Below, piece by piece: positions 34,701 through 48,300 of a stretch of 64,000 bases of DNA. Position numbers and translations under genes: made by a program. The notes under the pieces are model-generated. The model was not told the DNA's origin. It did not search any database and saw nothing but the letters and a program-made list of their open reading frames with translations. The stretch is from the NCBI GenBank assembly GCA_021613535.1, contig CP075492.1, positions 14,756,001-14,820,000 on the forward strand, in the 5' to 3' direction. Numbering within the stretch: the stretch's first letter is position 1; each line of letters opens with the position of its first letter. This DNA is from Adineta vaga (Eukaryota; Animalia; Rotifera).

Positions 34701-37156
34701 TTAAACTTAATGCACCTGAATGGCCTTATTTGTTAATTGTTTGTTTATCTGGAATTATAGCAGGTGGATTGTATCCAGCTTTTGCTTATTTTTTAGCTGA
34801 AACGATCAATGTAAAATATTGTAATTCATAGAAATAGTTTTAAAGATTTCTTTTTAAGTCATTTGGAGAATGTACGGTTACAGCACAAACGAATAGAGCG
34901 ATTATCTTTACACGAATTATATTCATTTTGGGTATTGTTTGCTGTATGACTAAAATAATTCATGTAAGAATTCATTGTAACTCATACATTCGAGAGAAAG
35001 AGAAAGGAATAGTCTTATTTATTGATTTCTATTTATAAAAGTATGTGTGTTTGGCGGTGGCTGGTTCACGATTAACCAATCGAATACGAACAAAAATATT
35101 TGGATGTATGTTACGTCAAGAAGTTGGATGGTATGATATAGCGGAAAATAATACCGGTGCCCTCTGTGCACGTCTTTCTACAGATGCATTAGCTATTCAA
35201 TCAGTAAGTTTTAGTTTTTTGAATGACGATGAAATAAAAACGAAAAATAATACGATCTTTAGTTAACTAGTGTTCGATTGGGTTTACTTATTGAATCATT
35301 ATCACTATTGATTATTGCCTTAATTATTGGATTGATATTTTCCTGGCAATTGACATTAGTTGTCTTTGGTGTAATTATACTCGAATTCATTCTTGCTATT
35401 TTTGAAGTTCAAAGAAAGAGTAAAGTACATATATTAATTGATAGGATATTAGTAAATGCTAGTGAAATTCTTACACAAAGTGTGCGCAATATTCGCACTG
35501 TTTTTCAATTGAATCGACAACAACATATTTTAAATGATTTCAATCGTATTATTGATCAAAGTTATAAGTAAAGATCATAAATAATGTATTCGTGCATTCA
35601 TTGAAGTTATTCTCCTTCTTCTTCTATAGAATTACTTGGTCGAGTGTCTTTAAAGGTGGTGTACCATATGCATTGTCATTTCCTGTTGCTACATTGATCT
35701 TACCTTGTCTAGCTCAATTTGCTGTTTATCTTCTAGATAACAATCTTATCAGTTCAGAACGTATTGTTTTGTAAGTTTTTGATATTCAATAAAAGCTGAT
35801 CGTTTTGTATATACTACATAGATTATTTGCATTTGTACCATTTGCTTTTGATGTCATTCAAGTCTCAACAATGATGTAAGTAGTATAATGATAATAAATA
35901 TTGGCATTTGATGAGAGATTCTTTTGTTTTTCTATTTATATTCAATAGTTCAGCTGAATTAAGTGGAACAACCGCAGCAGCAAAACATATCAATGAATTA
36001 TTTGAACGTATTCCATTGATTGACAATATGGCGGCGAATGGAAAAACAATCGTGAGTTCATATGCAACACAACATTATTATTTTTGTACTGTTCTTAAAT
36101 GAGAATAGGAGAATTTTTCTGGATTAATTCAATATGATAATATAACGTTTGCTTATCCAACACGAAAATTAGTTAAAGTACTCGATGGTTTGCAATTAAC
36201 AATTCAACCTGGTATGTTCACTTTTGTTTGATCGTAGTCATAATGTTCTGTAATATATCAATTTAAGGACAACGTGTTGCACTTGTTGGTAATAGATTTT
36301 TTCGAAAATTTCTTATTTAAAAATAAATCTAATTCAATTAAGGATCAAGTGGATGTGGTAAATCAACAATGGCACAATTACTCGAACGATTCTACGATAT
36401 TAATCAAGGACGTGTGGTATAGCATATGATTTTCTTTATACCTAATCAAATCACAAAATAGCTTTTTTTAATTTTATTGTCAAGTTAGTCGATGGGCATG
36501 ACATACGAACATTAAATTTATCGTGGTTACGATCTCAAATAAGTCTTGTTAGTCAAGAACCAGCACTTATTTTAGGTCTTTCCATTGGAGAAAATATATC
36601 ATATGGTTGTTTACCAAATACATTTCATCAGACGGATATTATTGATGCAGCTAAACGAGCTCATTGTCATGATTTTATAGAAATATTACCACAAGTATAT
36701 ATTGCATATTTGTAAAAATAGCTTGATAAATGAACATTTTTGATTTGTATTTAGGGTTATGATACACTTGTGGGCTTGAATGGTACTTCTTTTTTATCTG
36801 GAGGTCAAAAACAGCGTATTGCAATTGCTCGTGCACTCTTTCGTAAACCAAAACTTTTACTACTTGACGAAGCAACAAGTGCATTAGATGTGCACAATGA
36901 ACAGGTAAATAAACTTTATGATCAAAATATCAACTTTTCTTTTCTTCTATAGTTAGTCGAAGAATCCTTGAATGCTGCGAGACAAGATGATCCATCACGT
37001 ACCGTGATCATTGTTGCTCATCGTTTATCAACTATTCAATCATGTGATCTTATCTGCGTTCTTGGTTCTCAAGGACATCTGTTAGAAAGTGGTACACATA
37101 CAGAATTGATCGCACGTGGTAATGCATACTATAGATTTGTACACGATCATATTTAA
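31753..37156 (+). CDS. ABCB1: ABC transporter subfamily B full transporter (P-glycoprotein/MDR1-like), highly intron-rich; start uncertain
   Basis: TMD-NBD-TMD-NBD layout; Walker A GSSGSGKST and GSSGCGKST (the first split by an intron), LSGGQRQR and LSGGQKQR signatures, [11 protein letters not shown] twice, VAHRLSTI twice; LNAPEW and [10 protein letters not shown] in the second half. Confidence 0.9.
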
Positions 37157-37280
37157 GATCGAAAAATCTTTATTGAATTCATAGAACTTATAAACGTCTG
37201 GAAAAATAAACGTATCGATATAAATTTTCCTTCACGTTCTAATTTTATAAAAGAAAATCAACGAAAACAAAAAAGATTTG

Positions 37281-37892
37281 TTATGCTAAGGGAATTCCAG
37301 CTGCACCTTTGTTTGCTTGATAAATAGCTGATAGATTGGCATATTTCATATTGAGTCTATCGATTTGATCAAGAAATAATTGACGATTTGGATCACATTC
37401 ATCAAGATTTTCAATCAGTTCCTTAATACTATGACTATGCCAAAAATCATTGATTCGATTATATAGTGATGTATTACTTTGAGCATTTCCAAAAACTTCT
37501 TTTAAAATTCGAATATCATGTGGAATATTGAAATTATCACGACTATTTTCATGACTAAATAAATAATAAAAATTATCATAGCCACACCATGTAATTGCTG
37601 ACAGACATAAAGAACAAGGTTCATGTGTTGCTAGAAAAATACAATCTTTAGATTCCGGAAGATTCGATCGATTTATCGTTTCATAAAGTTTCTTGATAGC
37701 ATGCATTTCTCCATGCCAAAGTGGATTTTCAATTTCATTATTCGTTTCAGCAATAATAACTGTAAGATCAGATTTTTTTAAGATAGCAGCACCAAAAATT
37801 TTGTTTCCTTGTGTAACACCAACTTGAGTTTTTGGTAAAATATCTTCTTCAATGACAGTTAACAGACGTTTTACTAATTGAATATCACACAT
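37281..37892 (-). CDS. Zn-dependent nucleoside/nucleobase deaminase (cytidine-deaminase fold), bacterial/fungal type
   Basis: GNKIFGAAIL, NNEIENPLWHGEMHAI (HxE), HEPCSLC (PCxxC), IPHDIRILKEVF; intronless; ATG at 37892. Confidence 0.88.
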   Translation of the reverse strand: MCDIQLVKRLLTVIEEDILPKTQVGVTQGNKIFGAAILKKSDLTVIIAETNNEIENPLWHGEMHAIKKLYETINRSNLPESKDCIFLATHEPCSLCLSAITWCGYDNFYYLFSHENSRDNFNIPHDIRILKEVFGNAQSNTSLYNRINDFWHSHSIKELIENLDECDPNRQLFLDQIDRLNMKYANLSAIYQANKGAAGIPLA

Positions 37893-39947
37893 TGTTTCTA
37901 CAAAGTAAAAATTAACACGATGTATATAAGACAACTACGAATAGAAGAAAATGTGTTACTTTTTAGAAGTCCTACGAAAGATAACAGATGATATCATCAG
38001 TTTAGTGTCATACAGGTGTGAATCAAATAACGCTAATAACTTTTTTTGAATTCCTTATTTTATTATTCTTTCTAGGTGAATCTTTACCAAGTTTTCTATT
38101 CAAATTATTGTTGTATTGGTTTTCATCAAATAAAGTCAGAATCAAAGTTAGCAAAACATCATACAACGATCATAGAAATACATGATCGAAAACTTGGAGT
38201 ATTTATGATGTATGCAATAGATCAAGAAAAACTCTCATCCTAATATTTATTAGCTACGTTGGATTTTTATATTCTGTCTATGTATTTCTTACCTTTCATG
38301 CACTGCTTATGGAATATATTTCTCGATTTATTTTTTTGATCTATATCTTGAATCTCTCTTCGATGAAATTCAATTTCAATTTTGGAGACTCTAATTTCGC
38401 TTATTTCATTTATCAGCTATGCACTACTCCTACCTGAGAGTCATCAATATAAGATGAAACGTTGGTATGAGAATGAACATCATATTACTTTTCTTGATTC
38501 GAAATCAAATATCAAAATCAATCTTTGTTAATTCATTTTCGATTATAATGACTCAACAATTATTCTATACGCATCAATTTTGCTTATTAGATGGACGTCA
38601 ATAAATTGAAATTACTTACTCTTATCTGAATTCTTGCTTACATTGAATATGAATAATTAAAACTCAATCATAGTTCCCCGCTGACTGTAGACATCAAAAG
38701 ACGCGTACATATCTACCGACTCATCTATTCTTTCAATTGGCGAGTGTCATAAAAATCATACTTTTTTTGGAATATATACTCTTTATGTTATTTGAAAACG
38801 AGGCTTTTTTTTATATAATGATTACCTTCATGTGTCTTTCTTAGCAATTCAACATCTTGACGGTTTACTACTAAGCATATTTTGTGGAGGTAGATGGATG
38901 AAAAGTATCGATGAGGATGATCATTCATCATGTGACGACTGATCGTTTGAACAGAGACAACTATCCATATGTAGACTTTTATATTAAAACTAACAAAAAG
39001 AAAATTGTTTTTTCGAAAGGGTACTGTAGACTTCAAATTGAAAGTTGATTTTCATTTGTTTGAATGTAAATCTTTCATATTACTCTTCACAAAAATTAAC
39101 AAACTAAAATCGTTTAGGAGAAAAAATTAACTGAATTTCATTGAAACAGCATCATACAATGTGTATAAAACTTAGATAATAACTGGTCTGATACGAACAT
39201 TAACATCATTTAAGTGAAATCAGTCGTGCATTACGTATATATATCTGTGCGAGAAGACAGAGAGAATAAAACTACATAACATTTCATCGAGCAGTCATGT
39301 TCCTATGAGTAATTTTACAGTCCTCTGTTCGATTCTAGTTCTGTATATTAACTCTTCTTTTCGGTTGCTTTGTATGCCAACTGTTTATACAGAATTTCAA
39401 CACTTAAGAAATACTAACAAGTAAAAAGAGATGAATAGACTTTTATTCTCAACACTAATATTCATCATGAACTCGCTACTCATTCATTATAAATAGATGG
39501 ATACTATCCTTCACGATGCTTTGTTTCAAAACCTAGTATATGCGTTTCCAATACTCTCAATCCCATTGAATGATATAATTTATTAGACTTTAATATGCTT
39601 ATGCATTATGAATAAAAAATCTTTGAAAACTTTTAATAACTTTCAAAAAAGACTTTCTAATGAAATGTTTTTATCACATTAATTTCTGATGAATATTTTA
39701 GTACTTTTTAATATCATCTATACAGTGCTTTATTATTTGCTATTGGCATTTACTTCAATAAAAATCTATATGAAAATAAATTAAAATTTATTTATTTAAG
39801 TGGAAACTATGAAATGTCATGTTTGATGTTGTTAACTGCACTAAAATTTATCATTGAAACGATGTCTAATTAAAAGTCCATAAATTTTTAATAGATAATG
39901 AGATAATACGAATATTTATGATTTAACAAGAAAATCTTTCGACATGT

Positions 39948-41024
39948 TCATGCCAACATGTGGACGACTATCTGTGGTTGCTCAGATGGAAGAACGATTT
40001 GAACTGCAGGATTAACTCGTCGACGTCGACATTGACTCCAGTAAATATCAAACAATACATGACGCAATTGACGACGAAATCGTTCCGATGTGCACACATA
40101 GATATAAAATGAACTCTGAACAAAAAAGGAAATAATTATAGTTGAGTAAAAATCATCCACACTTACTGCACAATAAAGATAATAGATGCAAAGTAATGTT
40201 GTTACTCCAAATTGAATTTGATAATTAATTTCTTTATTACTAAGAAGTGTTGAATGGGTTACAATTGTCATCAGAATGATATATGGAGCAATAGCAATCA
40301 CATTCACAACTGTTTGAACAAGAACCATTGTTGTTAGTTGTTGATCGAGTCGACGACGAACTAATGGTACTGTTCGATAAGCAATCTGTTTAACATTCCA
40401 ATAAGTTAACAACGCAAAAATAATTGTGATTAAAACAGGCAAAGGGGCGAATAAGACTGGTAAATTAAAGTCATTATTATACCGCAAGAAAGTCGGATTA
40501 ATAATGGTACAAGCATGAGAACCAGTTGTTGGCAATGTAATTAGTTCAAAAAAGACCAGATAAGGACTAGAAGTGACAGTAGCAAAGAATAGTAAAGTAG
40601 CTGATAATCGGCGAGCAATTTTGATGTGACTCCATTGTTGCCAACGACGATGTGGTGATGTTGCAAAGAATTGATCAATCACAGCCAAACAAATCAAACC
40701 GAGAGAACTCACTGAACAGAATTCAATTAGATAAGCTCGGAGTTTACAATAAAATGGTGATAATAGTGTCCAATCGACATCCGCAGCACTGATAACGACA
40801 CGAGAAAGAAGACCAGTGAGAAGATGAATGAGTTTTAACACTGATGACAAAGTTAAATAGAATGCACATGAACTTTCTCTGAATGTTCGAAGACTAAGAA
40901 ACACGATGATGTTTAATAGTTCTCCGAGAACACCAGTAATGAGAATAATGGATCCAAGATATGTTGTTAATAGATTTGATGTTAAGACAATTGTTGAAAT
41001 CAACGGTATTGTTGTTGAAGACAT
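39948..41024 (-). CDS. Class A GPCR, tandem copy 1; 51-nt intron at 40116-40166
   Basis: 7TM, GELLNII, FYCK, IDQF, FYIYVCTSERFRRQL; the GTAAGT...TTCAG intron is read through in the ORF track. Confidence 0.86.
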   Translation of the reverse strand: MSSTTIPLISTIVLTSNLLTTYLGSIILITGVLGELLNIIVFLSLRTFRESSCAFYLTLSSVLKLIHLLTGLLSRVVISAADVDWTLLSPFYCKLRAYLIEFCSVSSLGLICLAVIDQFFATSPHRRWQQWSHIKIARRLSATLLFFATVTSSPYLVFFELITLPTTGSHACTIINPTFLRYNNDFNLPVLFAPLPVLITIIFALLTYWNVKQIAYRTVPLVRRRLDQQLTTMVLVQTVVNVIAIAPYIILMTIVTHSTLLSNKEINYQIQFGVTTLLCIYYLYCAVSVDDFYSTIIISFFVQSSFYIYVCTSERFRRQLRHVLFDIYWSQCRRRRVNPAVQIVLPSEQPQIVVHMLA

Positions 41025-41793
41025 AGTACTTCTATTCGTGTAATATTCGGCAGTTAATAATGAAGTTAGAGAGTTGCAATTTTACTTTGACAGAGAAAAG
41101 ACTCTTAAACAAAATGTAATGCAAGATGAAATTGATGCTTTCTTTGCGACTTTTAATATCTTTTTTACGCGTGGAATGACAGGAAATTACTAAAGAACAG
41201 TTCTATTGAAATATTAATTAAAGAGGTTAGAAATAGACAGTTTATTTATTATTCTATTTTCCCATTCTTCTGTAATTTTGTAATTTTCATATAGAATTTG
41301 CTTCAGAATTTGTTTTCTCACTCTTTTTTACACTTTTTGTCATTCTAATGCAGCGAATACGCAAACGAACTTATATTCTATGATGCATTAATAATATAAA
41401 CGACGACCTTTCAAATAGTCGTGAAATATCAAATCTTTTACATAGCCACACAAGTGATTGCATAAATATAAGAGATTATTTCTTGATACATATGTTCTTT
41501 ATTCTTACTCTATAGGATACAAAATGAGTGACTTCTTATTATTCAAAAGTATCAACATTCGACAAACAACTTGGTTTTATTGTTTACTAAAGAGAATTTG
41601 ACATTCATAAAACGAATTCTACAATATGATTTTTAACTTCTTCAAATATTACTATCGGTGAAAATTTGAATTCTCGTCAATAGTTGAAAGATCTTTACTA
41701 TATTTTTTTCATAATTATATTTTTACAATCTATCTAACATTTAAATATAGAGATTAAAGCGACTTTGAAATGTTCAAAGTAAAATTCTGATAA

Positions 41794-42890
41794 TTATATA
41801 GATACAACTTTCGATGGTGAAGAAATTGAAATGTTTATTGGTGGTTGTTCAACTATCAGAATTGTTGGAACAATTGGATGAATTTTTTGATGCCGCCATC
41901 GATTCCAATAAATATCAAACAATACATGACGTAATTGACGACGAAATCGTTCCGATGTGCACACATAGATATAAAATGAACTCTGAACAAAAAAAGAAAA
42001 TAATTCTAGTTGAGTAGAAATAATCCACACTTACTGCACAATAAAGATAATAAATGCACAGTATTATAGAAAAAGTAAATTGAACATGACTTTTCATCGT
42101 TAGATCACTAAGAAGAGTAGTATGAGTGATGAGCATCTGTAGAGAAAGATACGGAGAAATGGTAATAGCATTCACAACTGTTTGAACAAGAACCATTGTT
42201 GTTAGTTGTTGATCGAGTCGACGACGAATTAATGGCACTGTTCGATAAGCAATCTGTTTAACATTCCAATAAGTTAACAACGCAACAATAATTGTGGTTA
42301 AAAGAGGTAGAGGAGCAAATAGTACAGGTACGTTAAAGTTATTATAGTATCGCAAGTAAACCGAACTGATAATTGTACAAGCCCGAGAATTAGTTGTTAA
42401 TGATATAACTAATTCGAAAAAAATAGCTTGAGGAATCGAGCTTAGAATAGAAAAGAGAAGTAAAGTAGCTGATAATCGGCGAGCAATTTTGATGTGACTC
42501 CATTGTTGCCAGCGACGATGTGGTGATGTTGCAAAGAATTGATCAATCACAGCCAAACAAATGAAACCGAGAACTCACCGAACAGAATTGAAGTAGATAA
42601 GCTCGGAGTTTACAATAAAATGGTGATAATAGTGTCCAATCGACATCCGCAGCACTGATAACAACACGAGAAACAAGACCAGTGAGAAGATGAATGAGTT
42701 TTAACACTGATGATAAAGTTAAATAGAATGCACATGAACTTTCTCTGAATGTTCGAAGACTAAGAAACACGATGATGTTTAATAGTTCTCCGAGAACACC
42801 AGTAATGAGAATAATGGATCCAAGATATGTTGTTAATAGATTTGATGTTAAGACAATTGTTGAAATCAACGGTTTCGTTGTTGTAGGCAT
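41794..42890 (-). pseudogene. Class A GPCR, tandem copy 2, frameshifted near 42570
   Basis: Near-identical to copy 1 over TM1-TM3 but lacks 2 nt in a GA run (ACCGAGAACTC versus ACCGAGAGAACTC); same intron position. Could be an assembly error. Confidence 0.75.
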
Positions 42891-43849
42891 TGAAATACTT
42901 TTATATCTTCTTTTGTTTTTTACAAATTGACTATCTTCACTGATAGAAGATTGACGTTTACGAATGAAGAAAGTACTTCAATAATAAGAGTTCTGAGAAC
43001 CGTGTAAGAGAGTTTTATATGATAGATGAAAGAATGTAGCGCTTTTTTTTCTACACGTATCTCCATGTTTTCATCATACTCTATCGTAGCAATTGATGTA
43101 GATCAGTGAATCTGTGAATTTTCAGGCGGATATTCTTGTAAAGAAAATGCTTAGACTTGTTCTTAATGGCAAACAATGATAGATATAAAATATGAAGAAA
43201 ATTATAAATTAATAGATAGAAATCATTCTCATCAATTGAATGACTTGATATGCTATTTATAAATCTCTCGTTGATACTATATATAATTTGTATAATGAGA
43301 ACGGCTTTTCTTTGAACTAAAAAAAGAGTGAAAAGTGTCTGGGAGAAAAACATGCAAAGAAAGAGGCAAAGCTTTGGTTCTATTCTATAATAAAAACAAT
43401 TCGCAGAGTTTCAATTGATGGCATTCAACTTCATATACAGCCACATTATCTATCACTAAATTCAACATTTAGGCCATAGTTCCTACTTTAGTATCATATG
43501 CCTTTTCAATAACCATTACTCATCCGAGATTTTGATCTAAACTTTTTACACAAAATTTTTATCTTGTTTCTCATCGTCGTGTTTAGAATAAATTGTGTTA
43601 TGTTCTTGATGCCAAGTAAAAGTAACTGTCATTGATGCAATATCATATAGACGAAGAAATAGTAATCGTATACACACAACAATATTTATATTCGAAAACG
43701 ATTTATGAAATATTACTTTTCTTTTCTTTCTGTTGGTCATGGATGATTGTGCACTCGTGTGTTCAATGATTACATTCATATTCGTTGACTGTACGCCGGC
43801 ATATACTTTTACTTTGTTCACTCTATCAGTTTAAATCAAAGACGAGAAC

Positions 43850-45303
43850 ATGACGGTAAAATATACTCTTCTATTCGCATTGATCAACGTTTTCGTAAGT
43901 GAAATTAATACTGTACACAAATCTTATTATACAACTAAAACTCCTTATAAATCACCATTATCATCACCCGTAGCACCTAAAGAATTCAAATTACTATGTA
44001 CACAAATGGTCGTTCGACATGGTTGTCGAACTTTAAAAGAAACAGATTTTGATCGTTTAACAATGAAATTATGGATACAAGCAAAACAAGAAAATGCATT
44101 GACAAAGTATGGTCAACAATTTGGAGAAGATATTCAAAAGCTTATTAGTACTATGAATCAAATAGGGTTTGTCATTAATCTCATGTGTGTTTTATTCATT
44201 TTTCTCTATATGAATTAAATAGACGTGGAACGCTTACGGAACTTGGTAAACTCGAACAAAAAAGTCTTGCACATCGTCTGAGCAAACGTCTTCAATCATT
44301 AATGATTAAAAGTGTTTTACAAAATGCTTCCGAAAGTATTCAACTTGTCAGCAGTGGTGTACCTCGTACGGAAGCAAGTCTAAAAGCATTTATTGGCGGC
44401 ATACCATTCAATGCAATATCTTTGATAAAACACGAGATACCAGATCGAGATTTACTTCTTTTTTATGTAAATTCTCAATATCGAAACTATACTAAATATC
44501 ATAAACAAGTTCAAGATAAAATACGATCTATACAAATACAACCGTCTTTTAGACAAGTGGCTTTGGATGTTCTCACGCGTTTATACAAATCTTCGTTTAT
44601 TCATAAACTTGCTAGAGGTCAATATTATTCCACTGATTCTATATTGAAACCAGCAATCGAAAATGAAATTGATATTGCACGTTTTCATCATGCTGTTTTA
44701 TTAGTAGCTGCAAGTTTACGTAAAGAAGGTATTGATCCTTTACTTGAAAAATATTTTTCTCTAAATGAACAATATTTGTTCAGTTATATATATGATGCAA
44801 GGGTAAGAAATGAGTGACCTTTTTTCAACAATATTCTTGATAAAAAAATAATTTCTTTTTAGAAATATTACGAAGTTGGTCCGGGACTATCTAATCAAAT
44901 ATCGACATATGATACTGCTCAAATCTTATTGGATGATTTTCTTCTTCATTCAGATAAATGTTCACAAAAAGAAGCAAAACACTTTCTTCGAGTTCGATTT
45001 GGTCATGCTAAAACACTTATTCTATTTGCGACTCTATTAAAAATTCCAATATTAAGTGATAAACAAACATCATGGAACGAAACGTTTACCTATGAAAATA
45101 ATGCATGGCGTAGTGAAATTATTTCACCGATGTCAGCGAATATCCAATGGGAAATCTATCGACATAAACATATTCTTGTTCGAATGTTGTTAAATGAATA
45201 TCCAGTTCCATTCAAACAAGAATGTCAACCATATAGTCAAAAATATCACTTATTTTATACACTTAATGAACTTAAACGATGTTATAGTCAATCAGATTCA
45301 TAA
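43850..45303 (+). CDS. Secreted histidine acid phosphatase / phytase (MINPP-like), bacterial type, 3 exons
   Basis: Signal peptide, YYTTKTPY, QMVVRHGCR, GTLTELGKLEQ, SSGVPRTEAS, KYYEVGPG, RFGHAKT, PMSANIQW, LVRMLLNE; introns 44167-44222 and 44803-44862. Confidence 0.86.
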
Positions 45304-48300
45304 ACTTTTACGAGCTTTTTTTTCTTTTAAAGCACAACATTTCAAAAATATTTTGTTGTCTATCGTTTAAAATCTCATTTCAGTTTTGATAAAAACAATA
45401 TGCATTTTCTCATTGAAACAAATATGTCCAGGTTATGAAATTAATCCACATAAATGTGAACAGAGACATCGTGTAGCTATTGGTACTATTATACTAAGTA
45501 TGACTGCAGTTGTGATTGTTTATCAAAAACGTTTAGCAGCATTGAAAAAACATGCGCTGTATATATCGCTTCAACTGTTCATATTAATACGAAAGTAAAA
45601 TCTCCACCATATAGAATTGTATTGCGCCAACAAAAGATTTATTGTATTCATTCTTTTATTATTAATATCTTTGAATAGTGAACTTTTCAATGATTTTTAA
45701 AACTCCTCGATTTATCAACTCTCTGACTCATCAAGTAACTTCTGTTCAGTTCTACTAAGAAAAGTGAGAGTGTGAGTCAAAGTAAACATGAAACATTCAT
45801 ATTTACATACACCTTCATAACTCGTAAGTGCTGAGAACAAAAAAAAGGCAGAGGTCTATATAAAATCAAAATTACTTTTGTATAAATACATGCATGAATT
45901 TACTAATGAAGCTGAAGTTGCTATACAAAAGATGAAACAAATATTGAAATATTATTTTAAAGCATTCATTTTTTCAAAAACTTCTTTGAGAAGAGTCAAA
46001 ACGTTTCCCAATTTCTTTTGCTGAAAAATGGAGAGAATTTATGCCGAAACTACTTCCTTACAAATGTATATCAACGCAATATGATTAATTATACCACTTT
46101 TCGTGATGAAGTTCGAAAGTTTATATGCATAAACTGAAATTTCAAATATGATCATGAAAATTCAGTTTCCTAAATGGAAACCAAACGCGAAGTGTCTCGC
46201 TAACTCTAATTTGAACAAAGTCCTACACGGTTGCATGGAGAAGTCAGGCGCGTACTGTTAATTTCGTTTTAAAAAATATGTTGTATTCTTTCAACTTAGA
46301 GATATAAAACATGTTGAATTCCTCATTAGACAAGAGAACGAAGGTTACTCAGAGAAGGCGATAATGTGTTTACTATTAGTGTCGAAGAATATACAACGTA
46401 CTGATTGAAACAAATCAAATATATTCAAGTCGTTTAATTGCAACTGTGGTGGAGGCTGTTGATACTAGAAAATCATCCATATCTCAATCAAGTAGATGTA
46501 GAGGAAAAATCAAAAATTCTAAAGTACAGATATAGATTAGAGTTCAACTAAATATTGCAACAGAGGTTATGTCGTTTTACATAGATGAAACATTTACAAG
46601 AGATAACCGACTAGAGTCTTAAAAACATCACTAAGCTATTATTCTAAGATTTATGATAACAGCAGAGATCAATATACCATGACCAAATTAAGCACTTGTC
46701 TCGAAAAATATTTCGTTCATTCATAATTGAGATCTATAGTAGTACTTTGTATGCCAAATGTGTAAGTTGTCATTGTTTGATTTCATTCGACTGAATCGAA
46801 GGTAACGAAAGTGTATCATTTTATATTCAGAATCCTGATGTGGCATACTAATGACCATGTTCATCGGTAGAGAAAGAAATATCAAAGTTTCTTTATAAAA
46901 AAAAAAGAGAACTACACATATATGTTCAGATAGAATCGTGTATTATGATTAATTAGGTGATTATACTGAAGAAATTATATGGCACTTATCTTATCAGATC
47001 ACTTTGTATATGCCCTAGAAAACGTCAGCATTTCTGTTTCAACTCTGACCGGATGAACGATAAGATATAGTTCTGATATATTGGACGACTTATTAGAAAA
47101 CTCTTTCCTGAATGACTATCTTTAACATCATGATTAACTATTTTTCTCGATCAATTGATTTTCACGTGGGAAAAAGCAATGAACACTTATTATAATACAT
47201 ACTTTTAAGGAATTCCTACAGTAAAACCATCAATTACAAAATCAACCGTTTCTGATACTATCGATTTTTTTCCCAATAATTTTGAACATACTCCATTTTG
47301 ATAAGTTCGTAATGCAGTTGTTCTGTTCAATACTTATCGATTGCTGTTGTTGCTGTTGAGTTTGATTCATCGACGCGACCGAAGAAAACGGTGAGTGTAC
47401 GGTGACGCCTGCCTCTTCAACACCTGTCCCGGCAATAAGTCCTGCGATGAGCAGAAAAAATCGTATGAATTTTCGACTATCATAAATGTAAATAACTATA
47501 CTGAGAATACTCGTTACAGCAACAATTCAATATGTTTTGTTTGAATGAAGTGAATAATTAACATGTCACTATTCTGAAACTATATTCTCAATAATAATGT
47601 GTTTAGAGGTAGACGAAAATGGATGCCATTTGTCTACCAACTATAGATAGCTGTTCTATCATCTAAGGCTCTCTGTATAAGTGACTGTAGTTCTAAATAG
47701 GTCGTGTAACTTCACAGACTACTGAATTAGAACTCTGATTCTGTATATATTTCTATTTGTCAGTTTATCTATTTTGAAAATGAACTTTATGTACAGATAT
47801 GGTATATGTTGTAAGAGAGATGAATGATATTATAGTTGAACTTCTCTTTCTATTAAGATCCTTCACTCCATTACAGGCCAAGACGATGAATGTCAGTCGA
47901 TTTCATATGTGTCAACCGGTTTAATTCGAAGAAAATTGTCTTAATATTAGATTTGAATAAGACATTTCATTCATATCATCAAAGAAATCAAATTGAAAGT
48001 TATATGTAACTTGACTTACTCTAATTGGTTGAGTTTTCTATGGTGGCTGTTGAACATTTTTGACATTCATGCGTATATCGTAGAATGCATCCATAGTGAT
48101 ACACAAAAAAAGACAATTCACAACTAGCATACAATTGAATAAAATGAATCTATCATACATCGGAACAAATATTCGTTATTTTGTAATTGGTAAAACACAT
48201 CGTCGAGTTAACATAGATACGTTGTTCATAAGATTTCACTTTCTTTTTTTTGCTCTATGTGTTTACAATAAATCACATATCAATCTGTTACGTTCAGTAA

